This document shows, in pieces, positions 30,394-40,697 of a stretch of DNA of 64,000 nucleotides (its first letter is position 1; each line of letters starts with the position of its first letter). This stretch comes from an uncultured Planctomycetota bacterium. GTDB lineage: Bacteria; Planctomycetota; Planctomycetia; Isosphaerales; Isosphaeraceae. The notes below the pieces were generated by a model. That model worked only from the letters and a program-made list of their open reading frames with translations, was not told where the DNA came from and ran no database searches. Where the stretch lies: positions 3,296,001-3,360,000 of the forward strand of contig CAVTTN010000002.1 in NCBI GenBank assembly GCA_963737655.1. Reading direction: 5' to 3'. The position numbers and the translations under genes were made by a program.

Positions 30394-30575
30394 GGCGCGG
30401 TCTCGGGCGGAGTTCGGTCCCGGCTGGCGATCCCCATCGCGCCGGGGGATGGATTCTAACAAAATCCCGGCCGAGAGGCGCCGGGTCATCGAGGAATGAC
30501 CCGTGGCAAACTTGGACCGCCCGCGATACACTCGGAGGGACGCTTGAAGGCCCACTCCGTCGAGGCGACCCGACC

Positions 30576-31382
30576 ATGTGCCCTCCCGATCGCCCGCCGA
30601 GCCGCCGTCCCGCCCGCGGGTTTACCTTGATCGAGCTCCTCGTGGTGATTGCGATCATCGGCGTCCTCGTCGCCCTGATCCTCCCGGCGGTCCAGAACGC
30701 GAGGGAGGCGGCCCGGCGGATGGATTGCCTGAGCCACCTCCACCAGGTCGGCCTGGGCACGATGCAGTATTTCGACGACTGGGGCGGCCAGTTCTTCCTC
30801 CACCACCCGTTCGACGCCGACGTGACCGCCCAGCTCGACGCCGCCGACTCGTTCGCCGAGATCTACTGGGAAGACAAGATCATGCCCTACGTCAACCCGG
30901 GCATGGCCAACGAGGCGACCGCCCAGGGCGGCGTCTCCTCGTATGACGAGAAGATCTATCGCTGCATGACCGACGCCTCCCGCCCCCGCCCGTTCCAGCA
31001 GGACGACGGCACCATCGACGGCATCTCCGACCGCACCAGCTATCTCATGAATTCCCTGCTGAGCCACAAGACCCGCCGATACGGCCGCTGGACCCTGCCC
31101 CGGTTCCAGCAAGAAATCGGCCTCTCGAACATAGTCGCCTTCAACGAACGGAGCGCCGAGGGGATCGCCGCCGATCCCGACGCCGACCCCCGCCAGGACG
31201 ATTACGACATCTGGCTCGGCACCAACACGCTCGACCGCTGGATCGCCTGGAAACGGCACGGGACCACGTCCAACGTCCTCTACCTGGACGGCCACGCGAA
31301 ATCCGTGACCAGGCAGGAGGCGTTGATGGGCATGTATCCCGGGGGCCAGATCCTCACCGACCCGCAGTTTTATCCGAAGTGA
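30576..31382 (+). CDS. DUF1559 protein (prepilin-type N-terminus, H-x9-DG motif)
   Basis: [50 protein letters not shown]. Confidence 0.93.
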   Translation: MCPPDRPPSRRPARGFTLIELLVVIAIIGVLVALILPAVQNAREAARRMDCLSHLHQVGLGTMQYFDDWGGQFFLHHPFDADVTAQLDAADSFAEIYWEDKIMPYVNPGMANEATAQGGVSSYDEKIYRCMTDASRPRPFQQDDGTIDGISDRTSYLMNSLLSHKTRRYGRWTLPRFQQEIGLSNIVAFNERSAEGIAADPDADPRQDDYDIWLGTNTLDRWIAWKRHGTTSNVLYLDGHAKSVTRQEALMGMYPGGQILTDPQFYPK

Positions 31383-32436
31383 GGGGGCTGGGACCGACCA
31401 GCTCGGCCATCCGCTCGATCAACTGGTCAATCTCCGCATCGGTCCCGACGGTGATCCGCAGGCCCGGGTCTCGGCCGGGGTAGCGCATCAGGCGGACGAG
31501 GATCTTCGCGGCTTTCAGAGCCTCGTACACGTCCGGGGCCGGCGGCCCTCCCTCGCACCAGACGAAGTTGGCCGAGCTGGGCGGCACGCGGTAACCGAGG
31601 TCGCGCATCGCCCGGGAGAGCCGTTCGCGGGTGGCGAGGATTCTGGCTCGGGATTGCTCGCGATACGCCGAATCGTCGAGCGCCGCCGCGGCCCCGACGA
31701 GGCTCAGCGAGTCGCAATTGTACGAGTCCTTCACCTTCAGCAAACCGGCGATGATCTCCGGCCGGGCGATCGCGTAGCCGACCCGGAGGCCGGCGAGGCT
31801 CGACCCCTTGCTCATCGTCCGGGTCACGATCACGTTGGGGAGCCGCTCGACCAGCCCCACGCAGTCCGAATCGGCGAAGTCGGCATAAGCTTCGTCGAGA
31901 ATCAGGGGGCAATCGAGCCCCCGAGCAATCTCCTCGACGGCCTCGGGCGGCAGGGTGGTTCCCGACGGGCTGTTCGGGTTCGCGAGGAAGGCGAGCCGGG
32001 CCTCGGGGTGACGAAAGCCCCCGGGCGAGAACGTCCAGTCCTCGCGGAACGGGACCTCGACCGGCCGGGCTCCCTGGATCTCGGCCAGGGTCCGATAGAG
32101 GATGTAGCTGGGCGAGGGATAGAGCACGATCCCGCCGGGGCCGACGAAGGCACGCGTGACGATGGTCAAGATGTCGTCGGAGCCGTTGCCCGCGAGGATC
32201 ATGGCCGGATCGACCCCGTGCCGTCTGGCGGCGGCCTCGCGGAACCGGGTGGCCACCGGGTCGGGATAGAGGCGGAGGCGGTCGGTCAGGGCCTCCCGGA
32301 TCGCCTCGGCGACCCGGGGAGACGGCGGATAGGGGTTCTCGTTCGTGTTCAGCTTGACGAAGCCGCCGTCCCGGGGCTGCTCGCCCGGGACGTAGCCGGT
32401 CATCGCGTCGATGTGGGGGAGAAAATAAGACGACAT
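31354..32436 (-). CDS. hisC: Histidinol-phosphate aminotransferase
   Basis: [45 protein letters not shown]. Confidence 0.95.
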   Translation of the reverse strand: MSSYFLPHIDAMTGYVPGEQPRDGGFVKLNTNENPYPPSPRVAEAIREALTDRLRLYPDPVATRFREAAARRHGVDPAMILAGNGSDDILTIVTRAFVGPGGIVLYPSPSYILYRTLAEIQGARPVEVPFREDWTFSPGGFRHPEARLAFLANPNSPSGTTLPPEAVEEIARGLDCPLILDEAYADFADSDCVGLVERLPNVIVTRTMSKGSSLAGLRVGYAIARPEIIAGLLKVKDSYNCDSLSLVGAAAALDDSAYREQSRARILATRERLSRAMRDLGYRVPPSSANFVWCEGGPPAPDVYEALKAAKILVRLMRYPGRDPGLRITVGTDAEIDQLIERMAELVGPSPLTSDKTAGR

Positions 32437-32472
32437 GAAGAAATCCTTGTGAGGCGCCGAAATCGGCGCTTT

Positions 32473-32985
32473 TCACGCACCCGACCGACCCGCCAGCGCG
32501 TCCAGGGCGTGGCCATCGACGCGGAACACCGTCCACTCCTCCATCGGCCGGGCCCCGAGCGAGTGATAGAAGCCGATGGCCGGCTCGTTCCAGTCCAGGA
32601 CCGCCCATTCCAGCCGTCCGCAGCCGCGATCGACGGCCATTCCCGCGAGCCGTTGCAGGAACGCCTTGCTGATCCCCCGGCCCCGGAACGCCGGGCGGAC
32701 GAAGAGGTCTTCGAGATAGATCCCGGGCCGTCCCCGAAACGTCGAGAAGTTGTGAAAAAACAGGGCGAAGCCCGCGATTTGCCCGTCCACCTCGGCGATC
32801 AGGCACTCGGCGAACGGCCTTGGGCCGAAGAGGTTGCGGAGGAGGTCGTCGGCCGTGGCCTCCGCCTCGCTTTCCAGCTTTTCGTAGATCGCCAGCTCGC
32901 GGATCAGGTTCGCGATCGAGGGGCAGTCCTCGGGCGACGCGGGGCGGATGGCGATTCCTTCAGGTTCGGTCAAGGACTGATCCAT
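32473..32985 (-). CDS. GNAT acetyltransferase (diamine acetyltransferase-like)
   Basis: ELAIYEK, FSTFRGRPGIYLEDLFV, RLEWAVLDWNEPAIGFY. Confidence 0.9.
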   Translation of the reverse strand: MDQSLTEPEGIAIRPASPEDCPSIANLIRELAIYEKLESEAEATADDLLRNLFGPRPFAECLIAEVDGQIAGFALFFHNFSTFRGRPGIYLEDLFVRPAFRGRGISKAFLQRLAGMAVDRGCGRLEWAVLDWNEPAIGFYHSLGARPMEEWTVFRVDGHALDALAGRSGA

Positions 32986-32986
32986 C

Positions 32987-34370
32987 TCAGCCGTCTCCCG
33001 GGCCCGGAGCGTCCTCAAGCCGGACGTCCACGCTGTAGCGGTGGGCGGTCAGGCCCTCCTTGTCCGCCAGCATGCGGATATCCGGCGCGAGGCGGGCCAG
33101 GCCGTCGCGATCGACGTGGATCATGCTCGTCTTCTTGAGGAAGTCGTTCGAGGAGAGGCCCGACGCCCATCGCGCGGTCCCCCCGGTCGGCAGGACGTGC
33201 GACGGCCCGGCGGCGTAGTCCCCCACGGCCACCGGCGTCTCGTGGCCGAGGAAGATCGCCCCGGCGTTGGAGATCCGGTCGGCCAGCCGGTCGGCGTCGC
33301 TGGTGGAGATGTGGAGGTGCTCCGGCGCGATCGAGTCCGTCGAGCGCCACGGCCTCGTCCTCGTCCTTCACCAGGATCAGGGCGCCGTACTGCTCCAGGC
33401 AATCGCGGGCGAGGTCGCCCCGGCTCAGGGTGGCCAGGGCGGCGCTCAGGGCCGAGTCCACCCGGTCGATCAGGTCGGGTTCCCAGGTGATCAAGAGGCT
33501 CGCGCCGGGCGAATGCTCGGCCTGGGAGATCAGGTCCGCCGCGATGAAACGCGGGTCGGCCGTCCAGTCGGCGATCAGGACGACCTCGCTCGGGCCGGCG
33601 ATACTGTCGATATCGACCTCGCCGAAGACCTCACGCTTGGCCAGGGCCACGAACAGGTTGCCGGGCCCGACGATCTTATCGACCGGCGCGATCCCCTCGC
33701 ACCCATAGGCCAGGGCCGCGACGGCCTGGGCCCCGCCGATCCGGTAAACTTCGGTCACGCCGAGCGCATGGCACGCGGCGAGCAGGTCGTCATTGAATCC
33801 GCCGAACTTCGTCGGGGGAACCACCACGGCGATCTCGCCGACCCCCGCCGCCTGGGCGGGAACCGCCGTCATGAGCAAGGACGACGGATACGCCGCCGCC
33901 CCTCCCGGGACGCACACGCCCACCCTCCTCAATGGCCGATACCGCAAGCGAAGCTCGCAGCCCGGCCCTCGCCTCATCACGGCGTCTCGGTGGAGGATGC
34001 CGGTCTGGAACCCCAGGATGTTATCCCGGACCCGGCGGATCGTCTTGAGGTACGCCGGATCGGCCCGGCGAAACGCCGAGGAAAGCTCCGAAGGGGTCAC
34101 GCGAACTTCCGTCGGATCGAGCGTCCGGCCGTCCAGCCGGGCCGTGTAGTCCAGAACGGCCGACAGTCCCCGGCACTGGACGTCGGCGCAGATCCTCTGG
34201 ACGACCTGCTGAGGGGTCAATGCCTCGCCAAACGCCGCGATCGTCCGGGCCCGGCCCTGAGGAGAGACGACATCGCCCCTCGGGCTGAGCTGCCGGCGCA
34301 GGTGCTGGATCGCCTCGCGGGCGTCGTCCGTGGCGCAGTCGATCCGAGGCATCTTCAACGTCATCGTCAT
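32987..34370 (-). CDS. hisD: Histidinol dehydrogenase, frameshift near 33342
   Basis: VPGG.AAYPSS, GGAQA, GPGN.FV, AGPSE, QAEH. Removing one base gives IAPEHL...GDYAAGPSHVLPTGG. Confidence 0.93.
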
Positions 34371-34495
34371 TGCGGGGGAGCCTCGAAGGTCAGAGGACAT
34401 TCTAAGCGGGAGGGCAAGTCGATGCTCCCCCCTTGCGAAAGCCGGGGCGGCGAACCTCGTGTCAGGCGAAGATCGGGAGAAATTGGTGTCAGATC

Positions 34496-34636
34496 TGCCC
34501 TGAAGAAAACCCCCTTGAGCAATGAGGAAACGAGTAGGTCCGACTTCAGTCGGGCCTACGAAAAAGGGACTCTTGAAGGCCCGACTGAAGTCGGACCTAC
34601 TCCTCTCGATAGGACGAAGGGGGGTTCTGCAGAGCA
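34496..34636. mobile_element. 141-bp MITE-like non-autonomous element
   Basis: Flanking direct repeat TGTCAGATC (34487-34495, 34637-34645); imperfect terminal IRs TGCCCTGAAGAAAACCCCCTT / AAGGGGGGTTCTGCAGAGCA; no coding capacity. Confidence 0.72.
34532..34602. repeat. GTAG-type REP doublet (perfect 26-bp IR)
   Basis: GAGTAGGTCCGACTTCAGTCGGGCCT and its exact reverse complement at 34577-34602; each arm has an internal hairpin CCGACT-TC-AGTCGG. Confidence 0.88.
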
Positions 34637-34725
34637 TGTCAGATCGATTTATTGTCTGGGAAAAATCGATCTGACACCAATTTCGACCCATTCTCCCGGC
34701 CGCGACCTCCCGATAGACTGGCGAC

Positions 34726-37278
34726 ATGATCGCCCTGCCGATTGACCCCGCTCTGCCCGAGATCCTCGCGAGCCTGAAAGCGGCGCGACGGCTTGTGCTG
34801 GTCGCTCCTCCCGGATCGGGCAAGACGACTCGGGTGGCGCCCTCGCTGGCGAGATCCGGGCTGTTGCGTCCCTCGCATCCGGCCGTCGTCCTGTTGCAGC
34901 CTCGCCGGGTCGCGGCGAGGGCGTCGGCGGCCCGGATCGCCGAGGAGAACGGCTGGCGACTGGGCGAAGAGGTCGGCTACCAGATCCGAGGAGAGCGGCG
35001 GATCGGCCGGCGGACGATCGTTCGGGTCGCCACCGAGGGCGTGTTGACCCGCCAGCTCCTGGCCGACCCGTTCCTTGATGGCGTGGGCGCGGTGATCCTC
35101 GACGAGTTCCACGAACGGAGCCTGCACACCGACCTGGCGCTCGCCTTGCTTCAGGAGGCCCGGACCGTCCGCGACGACTTGATCCTCGTGGTGATGTCGG
35201 CCACGCTCGACGCCGATCCGATCGCCGCATTCCTCGACTCGGCGCCGATCGTCCGGGTCGAGGGGCGGTCGTTCCCGGTGGCCGTCACCTACGTCCCGTT
35301 CGCCGACAAGACCCCGCTCCACGATCGAGTCGCCGCGACGGTGGCGCGCTCGTTCGAATCGGGCCGAATGCCGGGCGATACGCTCGTGTTCTTGCCGGGC
35401 GTCGAGGAGATCCGCCGGGCCGGTCGCGCGGTCTCGGCGATCGCGGACGGGCATCTCATTTTGCCCCTCCACGGCTCGTTGCCTGCCGAGGAGCAGGACC
35501 GCGCCTTGCGCCCCGCCGATCGGCCGAAGCTGATCCTTTCCACCAACGTGGCCGAGACCTCCTTGACGATCGACGGCGTGACGACGGTGATCGATTCGGG
35601 ACTCGCCCGGGTGGCCCGGCACGACCCGGCTCGCGGCCTCGATCGGCTCGAATTGAGCAAGATCAGCCGGGCCTCGGCCGTCCAGAGGGCCGGTCGAGCC
35701 GGGCGGACCGCGCCGGGCCGATGCCTGAGGATGTGGGCCGAGCGCGAGGACCGCGGCCGTCCCGAGTTCGAGGAACCCGAGGTCCGCCGGGTGGACCTCG
35801 CCGCGACCGTCTTGACCCTCAAGGCCTGGGGACACAACGTCCCCTCGAGCTTCGGTTGGTTCGAGAGGCCGACGGCGGAATCCCTCGATCGCGCCGAACG
35901 CCTGCTGACCGATCTCGGGGCGATCGAGGCCCCGGGCGGCCCGTTAACCGACATCGGCCGGACCCTGCTGACCCTGCCCGTCCACCCCAGGCTCGGTCGC
36001 CTGATCGCCGGGGCGGCGGCCCTGGGGCGATTGGCCGACGGGGCCGATCTCGCCGCGATCCTCTCGGAAAAAGATTTGCTTGTGCGTTCGGAGAGCGGAC
36101 GAAGCCGAGAAGCCCCCTCCCGACGAGGCGATTCCGACCTCCTGACTCGCCTCGACGCCCTGGACGAGGCCCGCAGATCGCGGTTCTCGCCGTCCCTACG
36201 ATCCCGAGGCATCGACCCCCTCGCCGCCCGACGGGTCGCCGAGACGGCCCACGACCTCCTCCGGGTTGGCCGATCGCTCTCGAACGGCTCGTCGGACGTT
36301 TCAGACGCCTCCGACTTGTTTTTCCTGCCCTTGCTCGCCTATCCCGATCGTGTCTGCCGGAGGAGGACGGCCGACCCGTCGGCGGCGACGATGGTGGGCG
36401 GCCGAGGGGTCCGGCTCGAACCGGAGTCGATCGTCCGGGAGGCGGAGTTCTTCCTGGCGATCGACCCTCGCGACGGGAAATTCGGGGGAAAACGCGAGGC
36501 GAGGGTGAAGATCGCCAGCGCCCTCGACCCGTCCTGGCTCGACGATCTCTTCCCGGGGGCGGTCCGTCGCGAAAGGGTCGTGCGGTATGACGAATCGCGG
36601 GGCCGCGCCGTGGCGTTCGACTCGGTCGTCTATCGCGACCTGACCCTCCGGGAGGAAACCCACGGGGCCGTCTCGGGCGAGGAAGCCTCCCGGGCCCTGG
36701 CGGAATGGCTGGCGACCCGGGCCGTCCCGTTCCTCCGAGAGAACGAGGCGGCGGCGAAATGGCTCGATCGTCTGGAGTTCCTCCGCAAGTCCCTCCCCGA
36801 ACTCGATTGGCCGGAGCTTGCCGAAGACACCCTGGCCGAGGTGATCGGCTCGGCCTGCTCGGGCAAGAAGACGCTGGAGGAGGCCCGGAGAGTCCCGCTG
36901 GTGCCCCTGTTGAAGGGCCTGATGACGTTCGAGCAATCGCGGACGATGGACGCCGAGGCCCCCGAAACGATCGAAGTGCCCACCGGCAACCGGATTCGCC
37001 TGGAATACGAGCCGGGGAGGCCGCCGGTCCTGGCGGTCCGCTTGCAGGAGCTTTTCGGGGTCGCCGAGACGCCCCGGGTCGCCCGGGGCCGAGTCCCGGT
37101 CCTCCTCCACCTTCTCGGGCCGAACCATCGGCCGGTCCAGATCACCGAGGACCTGCGGAGCTTCTGGACCACGACCTATTTCCAGGTCCGAAAGGACCTC
37201 CGTTCGAGATATCCCAGGCATTCCTGGCCCGATGATCCCTGGACTGCCAGGCCCGTGGCCAAAGGGCGGCGGGGATGA
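34726..37278 (+). CDS. hrpB: ATP-dependent RNA helicase HrpB
   Basis: APPGSGKTT, QPRRVAAR, DEFHERS, MSAT, TNVAETSLTI, QRAGRAGR, LAVRLQELFG, RYPRHSWP. Confidence 0.96.
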   Translation: MIALPIDPALPEILASLKAARRLVLVAPPGSGKTTRVAPSLARSGLLRPSHPAVVLLQPRRVAARASAARIAEENGWRLGEEVGYQIRGERRIGRRTIVRVATEGVLTRQLLADPFLDGVGAVILDEFHERSLHTDLALALLQEARTVRDDLILVVMSATLDADPIAAFLDSAPIVRVEGRSFPVAVTYVPFADKTPLHDRVAATVARSFESGRMPGDTLVFLPGVEEIRRAGRAVSAIADGHLILPLHGSLPAEEQDRALRPADRPKLILSTNVAETSLTIDGVTTVIDSGLARVARHDPARGLDRLELSKISRASAVQRAGRAGRTAPGRCLRMWAEREDRGRPEFEEPEVRRVDLAATVLTLKAWGHNVPSSFGWFERPTAESLDRAERLLTDLGAIEAPGGPLTDIGRTLLTLPVHPRLGRLIAGAAALGRLADGADLAAILSEKDLLVRSESGRSREAPSRRGDSDLLTRLDALDEARRSRFSPSLRSRGIDPLAARRVAETAHDLLRVGRSLSNGSSDVSDASDLFFLPLLAYPDRVCRRRTADPSAATMVGGRGVRLEPESIVREAEFFLAIDPRDGKFGGKREARVKIASALDPSWLDDLFPGAVRRERVVRYDESRGRAVAFDSVVYRDLTLREETHGAVSGEEASRALAEWLATRAVPFLRENEAAAKWLDRLEFLRKSLPELDWPELAEDTLAEVIGSACSGKKTLEEARRVPLVPLLKGLMTFEQSRTMDAEAPETIEVPTGNRIRLEYEPGRPPVLAVRLQELFGVAETPRVARGRVPVLLHLLGPNHRPVQITEDLRSFWTTTYFQVRKDLRSRYPRHSWPDDPWTARPVAKGRRG

Positions 37279-37294
37279 CGGAAATCTGTCCGGG

Positions 37295-37379
37295 GGGTGG
37301 CATGCTCACGTCTTCGTAAGCATGGCCTTGATCCGGCTCGAACCAAAGACACGCTTACGAAGACGTGAGCATGCCACCC
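37295..37379. repeat. GTGG-type REP doublet (perfect 27-bp IR)
   Basis: GGGTGGCATGCTCACGTCTTCGTAAGC and its reverse complement at 37353-37379, between convergent hrpB and birA. Confidence 0.88.
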
Positions 37380-37403
37380 TGAAAGGCGGCATGCATTTTC
37401 CAC

Positions 37404-38324
37404 CTACAGGATCTCGGCCTGGGCGATCCACCGGGCGGGGGCGTTTTCGGGCTGGATCCGGATACCCTTGCGGAGGTCCGCCGCGATCAAACGGCCGGCG
37501 ATCGGGCCTTCGGACGTCGAGAGGAGGACCGAGCGGCCGGGCGGTTCGAGCCGGGCTTGCCAGGCCGCTTCCAGAGGGGCCGTCCCGTGTTCGAGCCCTT
37601 CTTGATAGAGCGCGTCGAGGCGCATGATGAGCGATCGGGCGAAATCGGAGCGATCGATGGCCGACCCGCCCAGGGTCCTCAGGGAACAGGACGAGGCGCG
37701 GAGCTCCTCGGGGAAGTCGGACTCCTCCAGGTTGGCATTGATCCCCAGGCCGATCACCGCCCCCATCGACCGCTCGACGAGCACTCCGGCCAGCTTCCGG
37801 CCGTCGATCCGGACGTCATTGGGCCACTTGATCCGGGCGTCGGCGCCGGTTTCGCGTTCGACGACCTCGGCAATCGCCACCGCGCCGAGCGCCGTGAGCC
37901 ATCCCGGATCGTCCAGAGGTCCCGAGGGGAAGATCAAGGCGGACATCAGGACCGAGGCCCCTCGGGGCGCGATCCATCGTCGCCCTCGCCGCCCCCGGCC
38001 CGAGGTCTGCTCCTCGGCCAGGACCACTAGCCCCTCGTTGGCCATCGAGGACGCCGCCGACCCCGCCACGTCGTTCGTGCTGCCGACCCGGCTCCACACG
38101 GCAATCCTCCGGCCGATCGTCCGGACGTTCAGCCCCCATTCCATTTGATCGGGGCAAAGTCGGGGCGACGGCCCCCGGTAGGCGACGCCCTGATACGGGT
38201 GGATCTCCAGGGCGAAGCCGAACCGTTCGAGCGCGTCCACGTCGGTTCGGGCCGATCCGAGCGAGTCCCACGGCACGAACGCCCCGCCGGCCTCTCGCAA
38301 CCGGGCGAGGAGGGCGGCGTTCAT
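37404..38324 (-). CDS. birA: Biotin--[acetyl-CoA carboxylase] ligase
   Basis: STND, QTSGRGRRGRRW, IKWPNDV, KLAGVL, GLGINAN. Confidence 0.93.
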   Translation of the reverse strand: MNAALLARLREAGGAFVPWDSLGSARTDVDALERFGFALEIHPYQGVAYRGPSPRLCPDQMEWGLNVRTIGRRIAVWSRVGSTNDVAGSAASSMANEGLVVLAEEQTSGRGRRGRRWIAPRGASVLMSALIFPSGPLDDPGWLTALGAVAIAEVVERETGADARIKWPNDVRIDGRKLAGVLVERSMGAVIGLGINANLEESDFPEELRASSCSLRTLGGSAIDRSDFARSLIMRLDALYQEGLEHGTAPLEAAWQARLEPPGRSVLLSTSEGPIAGRLIAADLRKGIRIQPENAPARWIAQAEIL

Positions 38325-39220
38325 GGTCGCTCCGCCTCGAAATCCAGTCCAAGGTCCAGGGCCGGGGCCGAATGCGTGAGGGCGCCGACGCTGATCCGGT
38401 CCACCCCCGATCGCGCCAGGGCCGCCACGGTTTCCAGACGGACCCCGCCGGAGGCCTCTAGTAGGACGCCCGGCGCCCTCGAATCGCGACGACGGACCGC
38501 CTGGGCCAGCGCCTCGGGGCCGAGATTATCGACGAGGATGATGTCGGGCCCGCATTCCAAAGCGCGATCGAGTTGATCGAGGGAATCGACCTCGACCTCC
38601 ACGAACGCGGGCCTCGGTTCGAGCGCCCTGGCCGCCGCAATCGCCCGGCCGATCGGGTCGGGCCCTTCTTCAGCGAGGGCCGCCAGGTGGTTGTCCTTGA
38701 TCAGGACCGCGTCGAACAGGCCGATCCGGTGGTTCCGGCCCCCTCCGCATCGGACGGCGTACTTCTCGAGCGAGCGCCAGCCCGGCGTGGTCTTCCTGGT
38801 GTCGAGGATCACGGCCTTCGTGCCCGAGACGGCCTCCACGAATCGGGCCGTCAGGCTGGCGATCCCGGAAAGCCTCTGGAGGAAGTTCAGGGCGGTCCGT
38901 TCCAGGCTCAACAACGAGCGCATCGGCCCCTCGACCCGCCCGACCACGCTCCCCGGGGCGAGCGGGTGGCCATCGGTCAGAAACGGGGTCCAGCTCAGGT
39001 CGGTCCCGGCCCGCCGAAATAGCGCCTGGACCACCGGCAGGCCCGAGAGGACGCCCTCGGACCTCGCCACAAATCGGGCCGAACCAACGAGATCCGGCGG
39101 GAGGACGGCGAGGGACGTGACGTCGCCCAGGTTGCCGAGATCCTCGGCCATTGCCAGGTCGATCAGCCGTTCGGCCGAGGCCCGCTCGGGGTCGAGGAAG
39201 GTGGGACGGGTCGCGATCAC
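38321..39220 (-). CDS. nadC: Nicotinate-nucleotide diphosphorylase (carboxylating)
   Basis: ERTALNFLQRLSGIA, DTRKTTPG, NHRIGL, LIKDNH, EVEVD, EASGG, SVGALTHSA. Confidence 0.96.
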   Translation of the reverse strand: MIATRPTFLDPERASAERLIDLAMAEDLGNLGDVTSLAVLPPDLVGSARFVARSEGVLSGLPVVQALFRRAGTDLSWTPFLTDGHPLAPGSVVGRVEGPMRSLLSLERTALNFLQRLSGIASLTARFVEAVSGTKAVILDTRKTTPGWRSLEKYAVRCGGGRNHRIGLFDAVLIKDNHLAALAEEGPDPIGRAIAAARALEPRPAFVEVEVDSLDQLDRALECGPDIILVDNLGPEALAQAVRRRDSRAPGVLLEASGGVRLETVAALARSGVDRISVGALTHSAPALDLGLDFEAERP

Positions 39221-39263
39221 GCCGAGGCTCCGGCCTCTGGACCAGGGTGCCGATCCCGGGCCG

Positions 39264-39557
39264 TCACGGGCCGATCAGGACCGTCGGCAGGCCGAGGATG
39301 ATGGTCCCCCCGTGGGCGCAGGTATCGCCCAGGCGGGCGGCGGGCATGTTGCCGATCATCACGGTGGCGCTCCCCATCGCGATGGTGTCCGGCGGCCCGA
39401 CGCAGACGGCCATGTCGGTGGCCCGGGCGGCCGGCAGGCTGCCGATCAGGACGGTCGGGCATCCCGGGCCGGAGATCGGCCCGCCCACGTGGGGGATCGG
39501 CCCGTCGAACATCGGGCAGACGTGCATGTCGGTCAGGCGAGAGGCGGGCATTCCCAT
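39264..39557 (-). CDS. PAAR-domain protein (97 aa, no extension)
   Basis: MPASRLTDMHVCP..PHVGGPI..TVLIGSLPAAR..VMIGNMPAARLGD..HGG..PTVLIG; His/Cys metal ligands. Confidence 0.92.
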   Translation of the reverse strand: MGMPASRLTDMHVCPMFDGPIPHVGGPISGPGCPTVLIGSLPAARATDMAVCVGPPDTIAMGSATVMIGNMPAARLGDTCAHGGTIILGLPTVLIGP

Positions 39558-39870
39558 CGCGGCGGCCCCGGCGGCGGTCGGCCGGATCGATCGCGAGTGC
39601 GGTTCGCGAAATCCGTCCGGAGCAAGCCTGACCGGCCTCCCTCGTCCTGTCAACCGTCGACCGACCCGGGGTCGCGATTCCGCTCCTGACGGATTTGGCT
39701 ATTGGAGAGGCCCGCCCCCGGCCGATGAAAGAGAAGTCATCATCGCGGGCGGGGTCCGCACCGGCGTGCGGCCCGCCCGAGTCGTTCCTTCGCCCGTTCG
39801 CGGGCCGACGATTGGACACGATCGGTCGGACTGCGACGTCCCGGGCGAGCCGCACGGAGGAGGAGATCCG

Positions 39871-40101
39871 ATGGCCACCGCACGACTCCGCGTCTTCCCT
39901 CAGCCCGAGGAGGAGATGAACGAGCCGGACCACCACGCCCCCGCCGTGCCGATCCGGCTGGCCGACCTGTACCCTCTGCTGGCCCAGGCGTATCGCGACA
40001 ACTACGTCTGGCTCCGGGACTTCGAGGAGGACCAGCTGCTGGTCAGCACCGACCTCTTCGAGGTCGTCCGGGCGTTCTCGGACTGCCGGCCGTCGGCGTG
40101 A
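39871..40101 (+). CDS. Small hypothetical protein (76 aa)
   Basis: Strong GGAGGAG RBS and good codon bias; MATARLRVFP...WLRDFEED...RPSA. Confidence 0.72.
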   Translation: MATARLRVFPQPEEEMNEPDHHAPAVPIRLADLYPLLAQAYRDNYVWLRDFEEDQLLVSTDLFEVVRAFSDCRPSA

Positions 40102-40199
40102 ATCCGTGCCGGGACGGGGTCTCGGGCGATCTCGGCCTTGTCGGGGTCGCCTCCAGGCCCTAATCTGAAGGCTCCCCCAGCCCCGTCCCGAGCAACCCC

Positions 40200-40574
40200 A
40201 TGAAACCGCCCCTTTCGTCGGACGCCCTGACCGTCGAGCGCCACGGCGACGTCACGGTGGTCGTGGCCTCGCCCGTCGTCGAGTCGATGGAACCCTCGCT
40301 GATCGACGGCGCCTCGACCCTGCTGCTGGACATCCTCGGCCGCCAGGCTTGCCCGTCGATCGTCGTGGACCTCTCGGCCCTGGACTACTTCGGCTCGTCG
40401 TTCCTGGCGCTGTTGATTCGCTGCTGGAAGCTGGCGACGCTCAAGGGCGGGGCCCTGGCCCTGGCCGGCGTCTCCAAGCACGCCCGGGACCTCCTTCACG
40501 TGACGTCCCTGGACATGGTCTGGCCGATGTACGCCGACAGCCGCGAGGCGATCGACGCCCTCCAGTCCGATTGA
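40200..40574 (+). CDS. STAS-domain anti-sigma factor antagonist
   Basis: IVVDLSALDYFGSSFL with phosphoacceptor Ser; LHVTSLD. Confidence 0.88.
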   Translation: MKPPLSSDALTVERHGDVTVVVASPVVESMEPSLIDGASTLLLDILGRQACPSIVVDLSALDYFGSSFLALLIRCWKLATLKGGALALAGVSKHARDLLHVTSLDMVWPMYADSREAIDALQSD

Positions 40575-40697
40575 TCGCCGAGGCTTCGCCGCCACCCGTT
40601 GACAGCGCGGGCGGCTCCGCCGATGATGGATGGTCGGGCCTCTGCGCCCTATCCCTGTCTCCGCCACTCTCGGGGGTCGAGGTCCGCCGGAGCCGCC

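Larger units (their letters stand above)
34479..34684. repeat. Palindromic REP-like element interrupted by the insertion at 34496-34636
   Basis: Removing the insert and one duplicated 9-mer restores perfect 22-bp arms GAAATTGGTGTCAGATCGATTT / AAATCGATCTGACACCAATTTC. Confidence 0.8.

Noticed and set aside
32987..34370. hisD as a pseudogene or programmed frameshift
   Set aside because: All motifs are intact, hisC and hisB are intact, there is no slippery site, and similar indels recur across the window.
39264..39557. T6SS or prophage locus
   Set aside because: PAAR is the only such component; no structural, integrase or toxin genes are in the window.
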